Under the pieces are notes generated by a model. That model ran no database searches. It saw nothing but the letters and a program-made list of their open reading frames with translations, and had not been told where the DNA came from. The position numbers and the translations under genes were made by a program. 64,000 nt of DNA from Lama glama (Eukaryota): NCBI GenBank assembly GCA_028534125.1, contig CM052817.1, forward strand, positions 1,552,001 to 1,616,000. The letters run 5' to 3'. Positions 13,713-27,029 of the stretch are shown in pieces; the first letter of the stretch is position 1, and each line of letters starts with the position of its first letter.

Positions 13713-13949
13713 CCAGGACAGTCCCATTTCTCTCTCTCTCCTGGGCAGCCCGCAGTGGGTACCCACACGCAGGTTACAGCCCCACCCATGGCTATCCCTG
13801 TAACCAGCAGCTGATGGGATAGTGAGAGGACAGCAGCAAACGTGGATTTTACGAAAGGCCAATTCACTGAGCCTTTACCACAAGCACCAAGCACTGTAAG
13901 AGTCCAGTAGGGGATCAGGCAAATAGGTAAGGACAAATCCAAACATGGC

Positions 13950-16062
13950 CTGGAAGATTCTGAGAACAGAACAGAGGAGGCAGCACCAGGAATCTGTCTC
14001 CCCACCTAAAAAACAGTTCACTGGCAGAATCTGCCTATTGTAGCTATTCTGGAACTCTGGAGTCCTGAAGACTTGCTACCTCCATAGGAGGACTTGGACA
14101 ATAGATCTGTCAATTTCAGCTCTTAGTACAGTAGCAGCTACCCATCCCACCCCCAGCCGTGCCACTGGAGGCCATGCACCTGTTTCTGGAGCAGCCTGCA
14201 TACAGCTTGCAGGAGCCAAGGTGGGCAAAAAGGACCCTGTTCTCCAAATACTGGGTGTCTGTGCTCTGATTGCTTTTTGCTGCTTCTGATCACAGAGGTG
14301 CAAGCAGGCAGACAGACTTGTGGCACCTCCTCCTACTGTAGTAAGACCCTCCCTCTCCAGCTGAAGTGACTTCCAAGGGATTTAAAAACCTAGTGCCCTT
14401 TCCTTCCCCCTTTCATTTTTCTTTTTTCCCTTTTGGGAGCCAGACATTAAAGACTAGGACACTCAAAGAACTACATAAAAGGGGAAAATTCAAAAGTGAT
14501 CACACATTCCCAGGGAAAGGTGCAGGTTCAGAAAAGACCTGAGAAACCTTAAGTTATGCCTTAGACTGATCCCTGGTACAGAGAAAACCTACAACAACCA
14601 AAGAAAAACAAAAACAATAATAAAAAAATAGCAAATCATGGGGAAGAAGGGTAATCTGATTTCCAGAAACACCACATTATTACAAATGTCCAGTTTTTAA
14701 TCTTAAAAAAAAGCACAGGGCATTCAAAGACACAGAAAAATATGGCCCATTCACAGGGAAAAATAAATTAACAGACTATGCCCCTCGAAAAGAACTTCTG
14801 CTAGATCTTCTAGACAAAGACATTAAAACAACCATCTTAAAGACACTCAGAGAACTAAAAGAAGATGTGGAGAAAGTCAGAAAGCAATGTATGAATAAAA
14901 CAGAAATATGAATAAAGAGGTAGAAAACCTAGAAAAAATGCCAAAAGAAATTCTGGAGCTGAAAAGTACAATAACTGAAATTGAAACATTCACTGAAGAG
15001 ATTCAAAGGCAGATTTGTCCAGGCAGAAGAGTCAGGAAACATGAAGATAGGACAATGGAAATTATCAAGGCTAAAGAGAAAGAATAAAAAAAAAAGATTG
15101 AAGAAGAGTAAATAGAGCCTAAGGGACCTGTGGGACACCATCAAGAAGAGCAACACATGCATTGTGGGAGTCTTAGGAGAAGAGAGAAAGGGGCAGAAAG
15201 AATATTTGAAGAAACAATGGCTGAAAACTTCCAAATTAGATGAAAGACATGAGAATAAACATCCAAGAAGCTCAATAAACTCTAAGAGGAATCCCAAAAG
15301 ACCAATACCAAGACACATGATAATCAGACTTCAGAAAGCCAAAGATGAAAAGAGGAATCTGGAAAAAAAGCAAGAGAGGAGCAACAGGTCACAGACAAGG
15401 GATCCTTAACAGGATTATCAGCAGCCTCATCAGACACTCTGGAGGCCAGAAGGCAGTGGGCCCATACATTCAAAATGCTTAAAGAAAAAAACTGTCAACC
15501 AAGAAGGCAGAACTGTCCTTTAAAGTGAGGGAGAAAGTAAGGCATTCCCAGATAAACAAAAGCTGAGAGAGTTTGTTACCACTGGATGTGCCCTGCAAGA
15601 AGCACTCAGGGGAGTCCTGTAGGGTGAAATGAAATGACACTGACTCAAAGGACCACACCTCAAAGCTACATGAGGAAATGAAGATACCAATAAAGGTAAA
15701 GGCATGGCCAATGATAAAAGCTGGAATCACTGCAACAACATTTTATAACTCAATTTTTTTGCTTTTCTACATGATATGAGACTAAAATACTTTTCAAAAA
15801 TTACTAGTCTAAAAGTTGGTATTATTGTAATTTTGGTTTGTAGTTCCACCTGTTATTTCCCACATGATTTAGGAGACTAATACATTTAAAAGATTAGTTT
15901 ATGTTTGAGGGCACACAATATATGAAGATTTAATTCTGTGAATTAACATCAACAACCAAAAGGGGTAGGGATGGTTCAGGGCTGTATGTTATTGAAGTTA
16001 AGCTGGCATAAATTCAAATTAGTGTTGTAACTTTAGGATGTTAGATGTAATTCCCACAGTAA

Positions 16063-16100
<38 letters not shown>

Positions 16101-18083
16101 ACACACAAACAGGTACAGAATATACAGAAAAGGAAATGAGAAAGGAATTCAAATATTTCATATAAAAAAATCAAACACAAAAGACAATAAAGCAGAAAAT
16201 AAGGAATAAAAAAATGGTATAAGGCATACAGAAAACAAATAGCAAAATAACGTTTAGTATTTCATACTTATCAGTAACTACTTTAAATGTAAACAGATTA
16301 AAATCTCCAATTAAAAGACAGAGATTGGCAGAATGGATAAAAGCATATGATTCAACCATATGCTGTCTAACAACAGACTCACTTTAGATCCAAAGACATA
16401 TATAGGTTCAAAGTAAAAGGATGAAAGACATATTCCCTGCAACTAATAACCAAAAGAGAACAGGAGCTATATTAATATCAGACAAAATAAACTTTAATTC
16501 AAAAAAGGTTAATTCAAAAAAAGTTACAAGAAACAAAGAATATATTACACATTATATATTGATGTATTTAATATATCAAGAAAATATAACAATTATAAAC
16601 ACTGATGCACCTAATAACAGACCAGCAAAATATATGAAGCAAAAACTGACAGAATTGAAGGGAGAAAGAGACAACCCTACAATAATAGCTGGAGACTTCA
16701 AAACCTCACTTTCTATTATAGATAGAACAACCAAACAGACTATAAGTAAGGAAATAGAGGACCTGAACAACACAATTAATCAACCAGATCTAACAGACAT
16801 GTACAGAACACTGTACCCAACAACAACATACACATTCTTCTCAAGTGTACATGGAACATTTTCCAGGATAGACCATATGTTAGGTTACAGAGTAAGTCTC
16901 AATAGATTTTAAAAGGTCAACATCATATAAAGTATTTCCTCCAACTGTAACAGGATGAAGTCAGAAATCAACAACAGAAGTAAAACTGGAAAATTCACAA
17001 AATTGTGGAAATTTAAAAACATATTCTTTAACCAAAGGATCAAAGAAATCACAAGGTAATTAGAAAATACTTAAGAGATAAATGAAAGTGAAAAATGTAC
17101 CAAAACTTACAGGATCCAGTGAAAGCAATGTTAAGGAGAAAATCTATAGCTATAAACACGTTAAAAAATAAGAAAGATCTCCAATCAACAACTTAACTTT
17201 CAACTTAAAGAATGAGAAACAAGAAAAACCTAACCCAAGGCTAGCAGAAGGAAGGAAAAATAAGTATCAGAGCAGACATAAATGAAAAAGAACAGAAAAA
17301 TTACTACAGAAATCAATGAAACCAAAAATTGGTTCTTCAAAAAGATCAGCAAAATTGATAAACCTCTAGCTAGGTAGACTATGAAAGGAAAGACAGAATA
17401 CTCAAATTACTGAAATCAGAAATACAAATAGACCCACTACGACCAAATCTACAAAAAGAAAAAGTGTTATAAAAAGAATACTATGAACAATTGTACACCA
17501 GCAAATTGGATAATCTAGATGAAACAAATTCTCAGAAACACAACACCTACCAAGACCAAATCACAGAGAAATAGAAAAACTGAATAGATCTGTAACTAGT
17601 AAGGAGATTGAATCAGTAATCAAAAATCTCCCAACAAAAAAAAGCTCTAGAACTGATGGCATCATGGGTGAATTCCATCAAACATTTAAAGAATTAATAC
17701 CAATCTTTCCTAAGCTTTTCAAAAAAACTGAAGAGGAGAGAACACTTCCTAACTCATTCTATGAGGCCAGCATTACCCTAATATCAAAGCCAGACAAAGA
17801 CACTAAACAGAATTACAGACCAACATCGCTTATGTACACTGATGCAAAAATTCTCAACAAAATAGTAGCAGACAAAATTCAGCACATATTAAAAGGATTA
17901 TACACCATGACCAAGTGGGATTTTTTTCTGTGGAATGCAAGGATGATGAAACATATAAAAATTGATTAGTGGATGTTAACTAGACTTACTGTGATAGTCA
18001 TTTCATAATATATACAAATATTAAATCATTATGTTGCACTCCTGAAAAACTAGTATGTCAATTATACCCAAAGGAAAAAAAAA
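13950..18083 (+). mobile_element. Older (L1M-type) LINE-1 in TNIP2 intron 1: 5'UTR, ORF1 remnant, ORF2 5' half, joined to a short 3'UTR/poly(A) end
   Basis: ORF-track endonuclease remnant 16421-16912 (IIAGDFKTSLS...FSRIDHMLG) and RT-proximal remnant 17664-17969 ([19 protein letters not shown]). L1 3' terminus at 17967-18083; (CA)n in the spacer. Confidence 0.88.
16064..16107. repeat. (CA)n microsatellite
   Basis: About 21 CA units with one interruption. Confidence 0.9.
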
Positions 18084-19324
18084 GCTGTGGACACTATAAT
18101 ACCAGTGTTCTGGTTTGGAAACTTAAGTTGGCTTAGTTTCATACTTAAACTATGTTTAGTACTTCCCCACTACACATCCCTCCATCACTTTTACAACTTG
18201 CTTAAAGGAGTGAGCATTTATATACATGTTTGATTCCACAATTTGAGGGCAAGAATTGGCAATTGGTCATCTTTGATCATCTAGCCTAGTGGTTAATAGA
18301 ATGTGCAATTAACAACTTTATAACGTAGTAAAGCCATCATAATTTGGCCCAATCTAATTTTGCAGCCACTTCCTATTTTATTCTCTAAACACTCTTCACT
18401 ATAATTATACTGAATTAACACTGCTACAGATTAACACTGCTACTGGCACAACTCTGATACTGTAAACATTTTTGTGAAATGAATGTACTATACTTAGTTT
18501 TGGGAAAAATAGAAAAATAAAACCCATGATGCCTGTTTATACATATTCCACTCCCATATATTAAATGCTCAATAAATGCAAGCTCAGTAAATAAAGACCT
18601 AAGTGGCGATTACAGATGACATTCACATCTGGGCATCAACTATGTGCAAGTGATTATGCCATATATGTATATGAATTATTTCCATTTGCACTTTAGTTCT
18701 ACTTTCTACATGTTGCAAACTGATCATGGTCTTGACATAGGTAACTTTATCGTTAGGGTCTCACTTATAATACCTGAAGACAATCAGACAATTCCTGATA
18801 AATATTTAGTAAACAGTAATGGCATGAGAATGAAGTCTTTGAGGGGACATGAAGCATAATTATGTGTTTGATGTTTGTTTTCTATCTATGACTCAGGATT
18901 AATCCCTCAAAATGAAAAAAATGATATCATTAAATTTTCCAATAAGATAATTTTTCACCAGATTTGTTACACATAGATTTAGGTAATACATTATTCTGCT
19001 GTGGTTAAGCTCACAAACATATTTCATCAAAAAAAGAAAGACAGGAAGGAAGGAAGGGAGAAAGGAAAGGAAATCAACCAATGTAATACATACATCTACC
19101 CCATCTTATCCCTGCCCTGGGTCCTAGCTTCACGGGCCCTGTCTCGTCCTGATACATCAGCTTGCAGCTTTTCTTTCCTTGTTCTGCCATGCTCTCTAAT
19201 GAGTGGAACAGTAAACACCCTTTACAGTAGGCTGCATTAGGCTTCTTGTGTGTGTGTATTGTGTTTTTGTTTTGTTTTTTTGTTCGTTTTTACCATCTAT
19301 CTCTGTACCTCTCTTGATCTTGTA

Positions 19325-19535
19325 TGACTGAAACTATACCCATTAAACAACTACTCCCCATCTCCCCACTCTGCCCTACCCCTTCTCTAGCAACCACCAT
19401 TTTACCTTCTGTCTCTGTGATTTGGACTATTCTAGATTATTCCTATAAATGGAATAATGCAGCATTTGTCTTTTTGTGACTTAATATAATGTCCTTAAGA
19501 TTCATGCGTGTTGTAGCATGTGTCAGAATTCTCTC
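19325..19535 (-). mobile_element. L1 3'UTR fragment
   Basis: Antisense L1M 3'UTR motifs ctgaaactatacccattaaacaac...caaccaccattttaccttctgtctctg...tgttgtagcatgtgtcagaatt. Confidence 0.7.
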
Positions 19536-19859
19536 CGAGTTCTGGTTAGAGGCTGTGGGGCCAAGGGATACTGGGGACACATGTCAGCTGAGAACCAACT
19601 GCTACCAGACTGCAAGTAGAGTGCTGCTCTGGGTATGATGTGCTCTGATCTCCACTCTGCACTAAGAGCAGTGGTGTAGACCAGGTGACTTCCTTCTGCC
19701 CTGATGAGTTATAATCACCTTCCCCAGGAAGAGGGAAAGAGCTGGAGTGAGGGAGCCATCTGGCTTCTGAAGGCATTTAAAATGATGCGGGTAAGAACCC
19801 ACTGACAGCATGACATTAAGCAAAACTGCAGCGACAGCATGAACCCACAAGGACTCCAC

Positions 19860-21090
19860 TCCTCAGAGCCAACACGGGCACACTTTCCTCAACCCAACAC
19901 AGACACATAAACCTCAGACTCAGTATGTGCGAAGTACCCTCAGACACAACACAGGCACACGCTCATCAACCCAACCCAGAGACACACATCCCTCAGACCC
20001 ACTGTGAACAAACACACACCTACCAGAACCAACATGGACACACCTTCAGAAGCAACACAGACCCACAATCCACAGACCCCAGTCAAAACACACACACCCC
20101 TCAGACACCAATACGCACACACAGACACCCCACAACCCGCAGGAACACATGCCCCTGAGAACCAGCACGGCACACATAACCCTCAGGCGCAACTCGGGCG
20201 CAGGGCGCTCAGAACCGAAGTGAGCACGGAACCCTCGGAACCAACACATGCACCTGGGGAAACGCACCCTTCAGAACCCGCCAGACTCTGCATCCCCAGG
20301 CTCTACAGGGACACGCGCACCCCGCAGACCCCACAGGGCTAAACACACCCAGAATCAGCACAGACACGCACCTTTCAGAACCCACACACAGACCCACGCG
20401 CCTCCCTCACAACTGAACGCAGGCAGACACAGCCCTCAGATCCCACACACGAGCAGCTCCCTCAGAAGCCTGAGGGACGCACCCACGGCGACCCACGCGC
20501 GACCTGGAAAGGCCCTTAGCCTCAGCAGAGGCCCACAAACCCCGAGAACCGGGACGGGCACACGCCCCTTCCCGAGCCGCGCGCCGGCGCGCACCCCCTG
20601 GGGGCAGCACGGACACACGCGGCCCTCAGGGCCCAGCGCACAGACACACCCCTCAGGGCCGACGCGCGCGCACAGACACCCCCCCCCCCGCCAAGAACCC
20701 TCCGCGGCCGCACCCCGCCCAGGCCCACCGCTGGCGCACACACCCCTCGGAACCCGACGCAGGCACACAGCCCCCGCGCCTACACGTCCACACCCCGCAG
20801 ACACTAGCGCGCTCTTGCCCCTCAGAATCAACTCGACACGCATCCCTCGCCCAGAAAGGGCAAGCACCCCTCAGGCCGGGCTCGGCAGCACCCACCGCTG
20901 CGGCCGCACAAGGAACGCCGCCCCGGCCAGCACACGCACCCCCCCGCCCCCCGCAGAGCGCAAACAGGCGGCCCAGCCCCCCGCCGCCCTCGGACCCCGA
21001 CGCGCACGCGCAGCCGCGAGCTCCCACGGCGCGCGCCGCGCGGAGCCCAGCCCGGACGCGCGCTCCCCGGCACACGCCCTCAAACTCAAC
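19860..21090. repeat. Degenerate ~26-28 bp minisatellite (ccctcagaacc core plus CA-rich spacer) in TNIP2 intron 1
   Basis: Core variants recur more than 20 times, e.g. near 19938, 20098, 20208, 20232, 20269, 20373, 20433, 20459, 20623, 20650, 20744, 20819. Confidence 0.7.
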
Positions 21091-22450
21091 TCGGGCGCGG
21101 GCACACGTCGCCCCGCGCGCCGAGGAAGCGCGGCTCGCGCGGCCCCCGCCCGGGCGGCCCCCGCACCTGGCGCAGCGCGGCCTCCGCGGCGCTGCCTTCC
21201 CGCTGCTGGAGCTGCTCCCGGAAGCGCGCCACCTGCTCCAGCAGCGCGTCCACGAGCGACGGCGCCGCGTCCCCCTCGAGCGCGGCCAGACGGGCGCGGA
21301 GGCGCGCTATGAGGGCGTCTCGGGCGGCCAGCTGGTCCTGCAGGCGCCTCAGCCGCTGCCCGGCCTCGTGGTACAGGCCGCAGAGCGCGGCAGCCGTGCG
21401 CGGGGCCCCCTCCCGCCCCCCGGACCCCGCGTCCCCCGACGACATGGCTGCGGGCCTGGCCCGAGGGCGCGCGGCGCCGGCAACTTCCGCACCGGGTCCG
21501 GACGCGGGGCCCGCCTTCCCGGAACTTTTCCCGGCGCGCCCCGCCCGCCGCGGAGAGCCGGCTCGGCTCCGCGGAGATCCCAGGCCCGCCCACTTCCGAG
21601 ATCCCGGCCCCACCCACCTCCCAGCGGCCAGGGCCCGACCCCATTCCGGCCCCGCCCACCGCAGAGAGCCGGTTCCCGCCCCGTGGAGGCCCCGGCCCCG
21701 CCCACCGCCGAGCGGCCAGCCCCGCCCCATCCAAGGCCCGCCCACTTCCGAGATCGCGGTCCCGCCCACTGCCGCGCGGCCAGGCCCCGCCCGCCTGGTC
21801 CCTGTCCTGGTCGCCAGGACCTCGCCTGCCCCCATCCCGGCCCCGTCGCGTCTCCTGTCCACCCGCGGGTGCCTGGCCTGCCCCAGCGGCCCCATCGCCC
21901 CGCGTAGGGGGTTGATTTCGGAAAGTCGGCCCGGACGAGAAGAGGGGTTGAGCGGTCTCTGACGCAACTACTGATGAAAGGGAAAGAAGTGGCCAAAGAC
22001 GACCCCAAGTGTTGGACCTGAGCGTGGGTCCGAACACCCGGGCTGCAGGCTGGTTGGTGACACCGAGCAACAGGAGGAGGGCGACATTCCAGGAGCTGAG
22101 CGCCGCGAGGTGCCCTGCGCACCGGGGCGCGCGGCAGCGGCCCAGAGCAGGACTCCAGACCCCGCGTCCCCTCTCTAAAGCCGCAAGAACTATTCTTAGG
22201 GCAGAAGACAGGAGCGAGCTGGCCCTTTCCTGCCCTCGCTTCTCCATCCCTTTCCTTCCTCCCAAATTCCCAGACCAGCTCCGGAGGTTTCTTCGTGGCT
22301 CCACGGCTATTTTCTTTTTAAAAGTCTGTTTCCTCCACAATGATGCCCAAGCACACCTGTGGCCTTTCAAAGTTCCACGGAACCTTCTGCCGGCCCCTTC
22401 TCTGCGTGCCTGCGCTCCGCTCCCCGCGGGTCCCCTGAGGGCACCATGGC
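20550..22450 (-). promoter_or_regulatory. TNIP2: CpG island and TATA-less promoter of TNIP2 with GC boxes and ETS (cttccg) motifs
   Basis: Very high GC and CpG density around exon 1. Many ccgccc boxes at 21540-21800; acttccg at ~21483, 21592 and 21744. Confidence 0.88.
21167..21445 (-). CDS. TNIP2: TNIP2 coding exon 1 (ATG at 21445, 93 codons)
   Basis: [10 protein letters not shown]...[58 protein letters not shown]...LRQ is the TNIP2 N-terminus. Kozak context gcagccATG; donor CAG|gtgcgg at 21166. Confidence 0.96.
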
Positions 22451-23029
22451 GTTCTAGGTAACACCATTACCCCTTTATGTAACCCGTAGCCAAGCTTGGG
22501 CAGAGACCAGGGAAAACACTCACAGGCTTGTAGAACCAGACAAGTGTGTAACCAAAGCCAGCTCACACTTCCTCCGCTGCAGAGGGAAGTCAGAGCCAGT
22601 TGTCCCCTACCCACTAGGCATGTGGTGTGGGACTAGAGGATGGAGTGCACGGCGCCTGCCCCTGCAAGCCCACAGTCCGCGTGGTTAAGGTGAGGAATGA
22701 CGCCCTCTGGTTGGCTGCGGCAGTGGTGGAGAAACGAAGGAGCACTGGCGCTGGCCCCGGAGCTGTCAGAGATGGGCGAGTCCTCTTTGCTCTTGGTGTA
22801 AGTGTAACCTCTCGCAGGTAATTCAGCTGTCCTTGAGCCTGGTTCTCACCTGCAAAATGGGCACCCCAGTCTCACCCAACGTTCTGGTCACATGTATTTT
22901 GAAATTCAGAGTCTGGACTTGAGGCAGGTGCATTTGACTGGGGCAGCGGGCATCCAGAAGAGATCCCACTCCTGGTTTCTATGCTCTTGGGATTTCACCC
23001 TGTGACGCACCGCCTAGGGCTGATCTGTG

Positions 23030-23425
23030 TTACCACGAGGGTACTGCAGAAAAGACAAAGTGTGATTTCTGCAGCTAGGACACAAAAGACATCGTGGTTA
23101 CTGCTTTGCCCTCTCTTAGATCATTCACTCTGGGAGAAGCTTCCCATCGTATCACAAAGACACTCAAGCAGCCCTGTGAATAGGTCCATTGATGAGGAAA
23201 CGAGGCTTCACGCCAACAGGCAGCATCAACTTGCCCACCGTAGTAAATGAGCTACCTGGGAATCACATCCTCCAGCCGGCTAACATCTTAACTGTGACCC
23301 CTTGGGAGACCCTGGGTCAGAAACACCCAGCTAAGCTGCTTCCAAAGTCCTGATCCATTGAAGCTGTATGACATAATGAATGTTCATTGTGGCACTTTGT
23401 CACACAGCAACAGACAACTAGCCAA
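23030..23425 (+). mobile_element. Old MaLR (MLT1-like) LTR fragment
   Basis: gagaccctgggtcagaaacacccagctaagctgcttccaaagtcctgatcc...ttgtcacacagcaacagacaacta resembles an MLT1 3' end. Confidence 0.55.
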
Positions 23426-24682
23426 GTAGTTCATGACTCAGTGCTCCCACTGGGGCATGGGAGAGCACCCAAGACCAGACACACTAAAGTTTCTGCAGAT
23501 TCTACACCAGAAATTGACATATTGTAAACTGACTATACTTCAATTTTAAAAAATTCTACAAAGACAAAGTGACCATTGAAATTAAGTGAGATAGATAAAG
23601 ACCATGAAAAGCCTGATAGCCATTCAGCTGTTCAAGTCAGATTTCACATCAAGGTTAAGAAAAGAATTTTGGTTTTCTGAGGTTTTTGCATTTCAGAATT
23701 ATGGATGAGGGATGACAGAATTCCAACAACATCCACCTTTCAGGGTGTTGAGAGGATTCGGTAAGTTACCATGAGAAGTAGCCAACATCTTCAGCTGGGC
23801 ACTGGGAATTCATGTGCAAACATTCTAATGGTGGAGACAGACCCCCCTTCAAAAAAAACAAAAGAATAATTACAAAATAAGGAAACTTTGTACAGGAAAG
23901 GAAGGGGGTAAAAGTGGTTTCAGAAAACAGTAAGGAGCTAAGGAAGAGAATCCAGAGGGTGACCAGAAAGGAGAGGAGTCTCAGCTGTAACCGGAAGGAT
24001 GAGAAGGAGCAAGCCTAGAATTGAGTCAGTGGGTCGCCAGCAGAGAACACGTATGCTAGCCTGGGGGAGTTCAGGCCTGACATCTGGAGTGTGGCTTGGG
24101 GTGGGCAGGGAGGGGGTAGGGGCCAGATCCAGATGGCTCAGGCCCTGCATGGAGGTGGGGTCTTACTCTAGGAACGGGGCCATGGGGTTTCCAATGGAGG
24201 TCACCAGGTGACCATGTGACCAGGAAGGAGGGAGAGAGGTGGAAAGCACAGGTAGACACTGTACTTGTCTCCAGCGGAGAGATCATTTCTTCAGCTCTGG
24301 CTCCCTGCCTGATGGAGAACTACTAAACCTGAATTCCTCCAAAGGTCTCCCACCCTGGCCTCTTACTTCAGGTCCGACTGGGGCCTGTGGCCTTTTCCTG
24401 ACCTCCTTCCCCTCTATCTGGACATTGGGACTTCAGCCCTTGCTGTGATCAGTCTCTGGATGCAGCTGTGCCAAGAAGGAAGCTGTGGAGAAGCTGGGAG
24501 CCTCCCCAGGAAGCCAAGCCTATGCAGTGAATAGCAGCCAGGGGGTAGGCCCCTGGCATGGCTCATGCCAGCAGCCACCCTCACACGTGCACGTACTAGC
24601 GGTCGTGCTCCCCACCCAACCCTTCTCCCTTCACGGGTCCTTAGGTGTTCACAACACAAAGTTCCCAGTTGTAGGAAAGTGA

Positions 24683-25058
24683 GTGTCCTGGTCAGCTCAG
24701 GCTGCCGTAACAAAATGCCGCAGACAGGGAGCACCAACCACAGAAACTTACTTTCTCACAGCCCTGGAGGTTAGACGTTCGAGCTGCCCGCAGGTCTTGT
24801 TTTTCCTGAGGCCGCTGTCCTTGGGTTGCAGATGGACACCCCCTCACCAGGGCCTCGCGTGGCCTTTTCTCTGTGTACACCCCCAGTGTCTATCGTCTCA
24901 CAAGGACACCGGTCCTCTGGGATTAGGGCCCACCTTTATGACTTCATTTAGCCTTAATTCCATCTGTAAAAGCCTTATCTCCAAATACAGTCCCATGGTG
25001 GGTATGGTGTGGGTAGGGCTTCAACATATGAATTTGGGGGACACAATTCAGTCCCTAA
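24683..25058 (-). mobile_element. MaLR (MLT1A-like) LTR
   Basis: ctcaggctgccgtaacaaaatgcc...ggattagggcccacctttatgac...ggcttcaacatatgaatttgggggacacaattcagtcc. Confidence 0.75.
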
Positions 25059-26375
25059 CAGGGAGGGTGCTGCTGGGTAGCACACAGACTTTTTTATAAG
25101 GTACCTGACATCTGAAGATATGTCCCCTCTGCCCTTGGAAGAGGGGAGAGATAGAACGCAGAGAAAGACCAGGGGACAGGGCGTGGTCCTGGGGAGCCTG
25201 CGTGGTGAGCCCGTTCTGGCTCCTGGTGCAAGCTATTTGGTCCTGCTGTACCTGCCATCGCAAATGGAAAAACAGGCAAACCCTCTGCCTCCAAGTGTCT
25301 CCACACCTTCCCAGCCAAGACTGCACAGATGCCAAGCCATTACACTGGCTAATATTTCTACCATTTGCTTTTTGTGTGTGATGTCCTTGCTTCTGGTACA
25401 CCGGTGCATTAGAAAAAATACCAGACTGCTAGGGAATCTCCTAGCCGAAATGAGGAAGTCGGATCTAATTGTCCTCCCAGGCCTCTGACACCCCCCAGCC
25501 AAAGCCTCTGAATAAAATGTTTTGATCCCCACACCCCTGAAAAAGAGCACCAGGTTGAGGAAAGAGCCCTCATTTCTAGGGGCAGCTTGGCCACTGCCCG
25601 CCCTTCTTACCCTCTCTGGGGGTTGGCCTCCCACCCCAGCCACCTTCTCTGACCCTTCTCTGACACCTCTCTGACCCCTCACCTACTCCCCAGGTTCTCC
25701 TATGCCCAGGACCAAATCCATTGTCCTTACTCAGATAACCTGAGACAAAGATATGAAGAAACTGCTCCACAAAGGGACCCAACATAAAGCTAGGTGGGAG
25801 CTGACACCGGGAACACTGGATTTCCATGTCCTGCAACTCTACAGTGTTTGGATTTGTGCAGTAAAAGGTTACCTCTGCGGGGCTGCGGCATTCAAACCCT
25901 GTTCACCCCAAGGAAAGGACTGGCCCTTTAAAAAACATATTTTACTTAAAACCTACTCACTGATAAACTTTTTAAAATACATCAGAAGTAATGGATTAAT
26001 TAGTATTAACCTAAAACAGTTAAATAGCCAGTCATGTTTACTAGCAAGATAGGTCTACTCATGAGCAGCAAAGAACTGCAGTGCCGGACATGCAGCTATG
26101 ACACACCTCTGCAAGTCCCACAAAGCCGAGGAGAGGAAACTCCTTTACAGAGGAGAAGGGGGAGCTGAGCAGGGCTGCTATAAACAAAAAGTCCGTCAGA
26201 GGAAACTGGGAGTTCAAAGTAAAGTGACTGTTCACTGGCTGGACGGTGGCAGTCTCCCACTGGCTGAGGTGTCACCAGGAAAGGAGAAAGTCTTTCTTCT
26301 TCCTGTTGGCAGTGGTAAAGTAATGTCACCTCTTGCCAGAAATGCAAGATAAATCTCACCCTACTGGGTTCTGTA

Positions 26376-26684
26376 TGGACATGCCTTGTTTTATGACATT
26401 TTACTTTGTTGCACTTTGCCGATATTGTATCTTTTACAAACTGAGGGTTTGTGAGAACACAGTGTCAAGCAAGTCTATCAGCACCCCTTTTCCAACATTA
26501 TTTTTTAAATTAAGGTATGTACATTTTTTAGGCATAATGCCATTGCACACTTAATAGTGTAGTGTAAACAGAATGTTTACATGCACTGGGAAACCAAAAA
26601 AATTCACACAACTTGCTTTATTTTGATACTTGCTTTATTGTGATAGTCTGAAACCAAACCCACAGTGTCTCCAGGGTGTGTCTG
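26376..26684. mobile_element. Tigger1-derived non-autonomous DNA transposon (~310 bp) inside the ERV 3' LTR
   Basis: Tigger1-like ends, TA on both sides (26374-5 and 26685-6). It interrupts the alignment with the other LTR. Confidence 0.8.
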
Positions 26685-27029
26685 TATTGATGTGAAGTGG
26701 TACATGGATGAGCGCTTCCCCTTCTGTCTTGCTGACCCCATTCTAGTAGGTTTCCTTTTGTTAATTTTCACCATCTCCCTTTTTTGGTCAGGATCTTTCT
26801 CTGAAAGCATGACTGATCAAGAAAAGAGTCAGAGTTTTGTTTGTTTGTTTGCTACCAACACTCAGTGGCCTTTTGTCCCTAGATGCCAGGAATGATCTTT
26901 CCTAGGTGTTGGTTCCCACGTTAGAGGAAAAGTGCTCAGGCTGGAAATGTATTGTGGTTACATTTTAGTAACAAGGACGTGTAGGAGGGAGTTCTCTCAG
27001 GCATTTCTCAACTAAAGTCTCTATATCAG

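Noticed and set aside
19860..21090. CRISPR-like repeat-spacer appearance
   Set aside because: This is eukaryotic DNA; the repeats are degenerate and the spacers are low-complexity CA tracts.
21519..21532. kappaB-like site ggaacttttccc upstream of the TNIP2 ATG
   Set aside because: It does not fit GGGRNWYYCC in either orientation, so it is too weak to claim.
20248..22370. Long ORFs of 217-499 aa overlapping the TNIP2 CpG island
   Set aside because: They are low-complexity Arg/Ala/Pro/Gly translations caused by stop-codon scarcity in GC-rich DNA. Only 21167-21445 matches a known protein.
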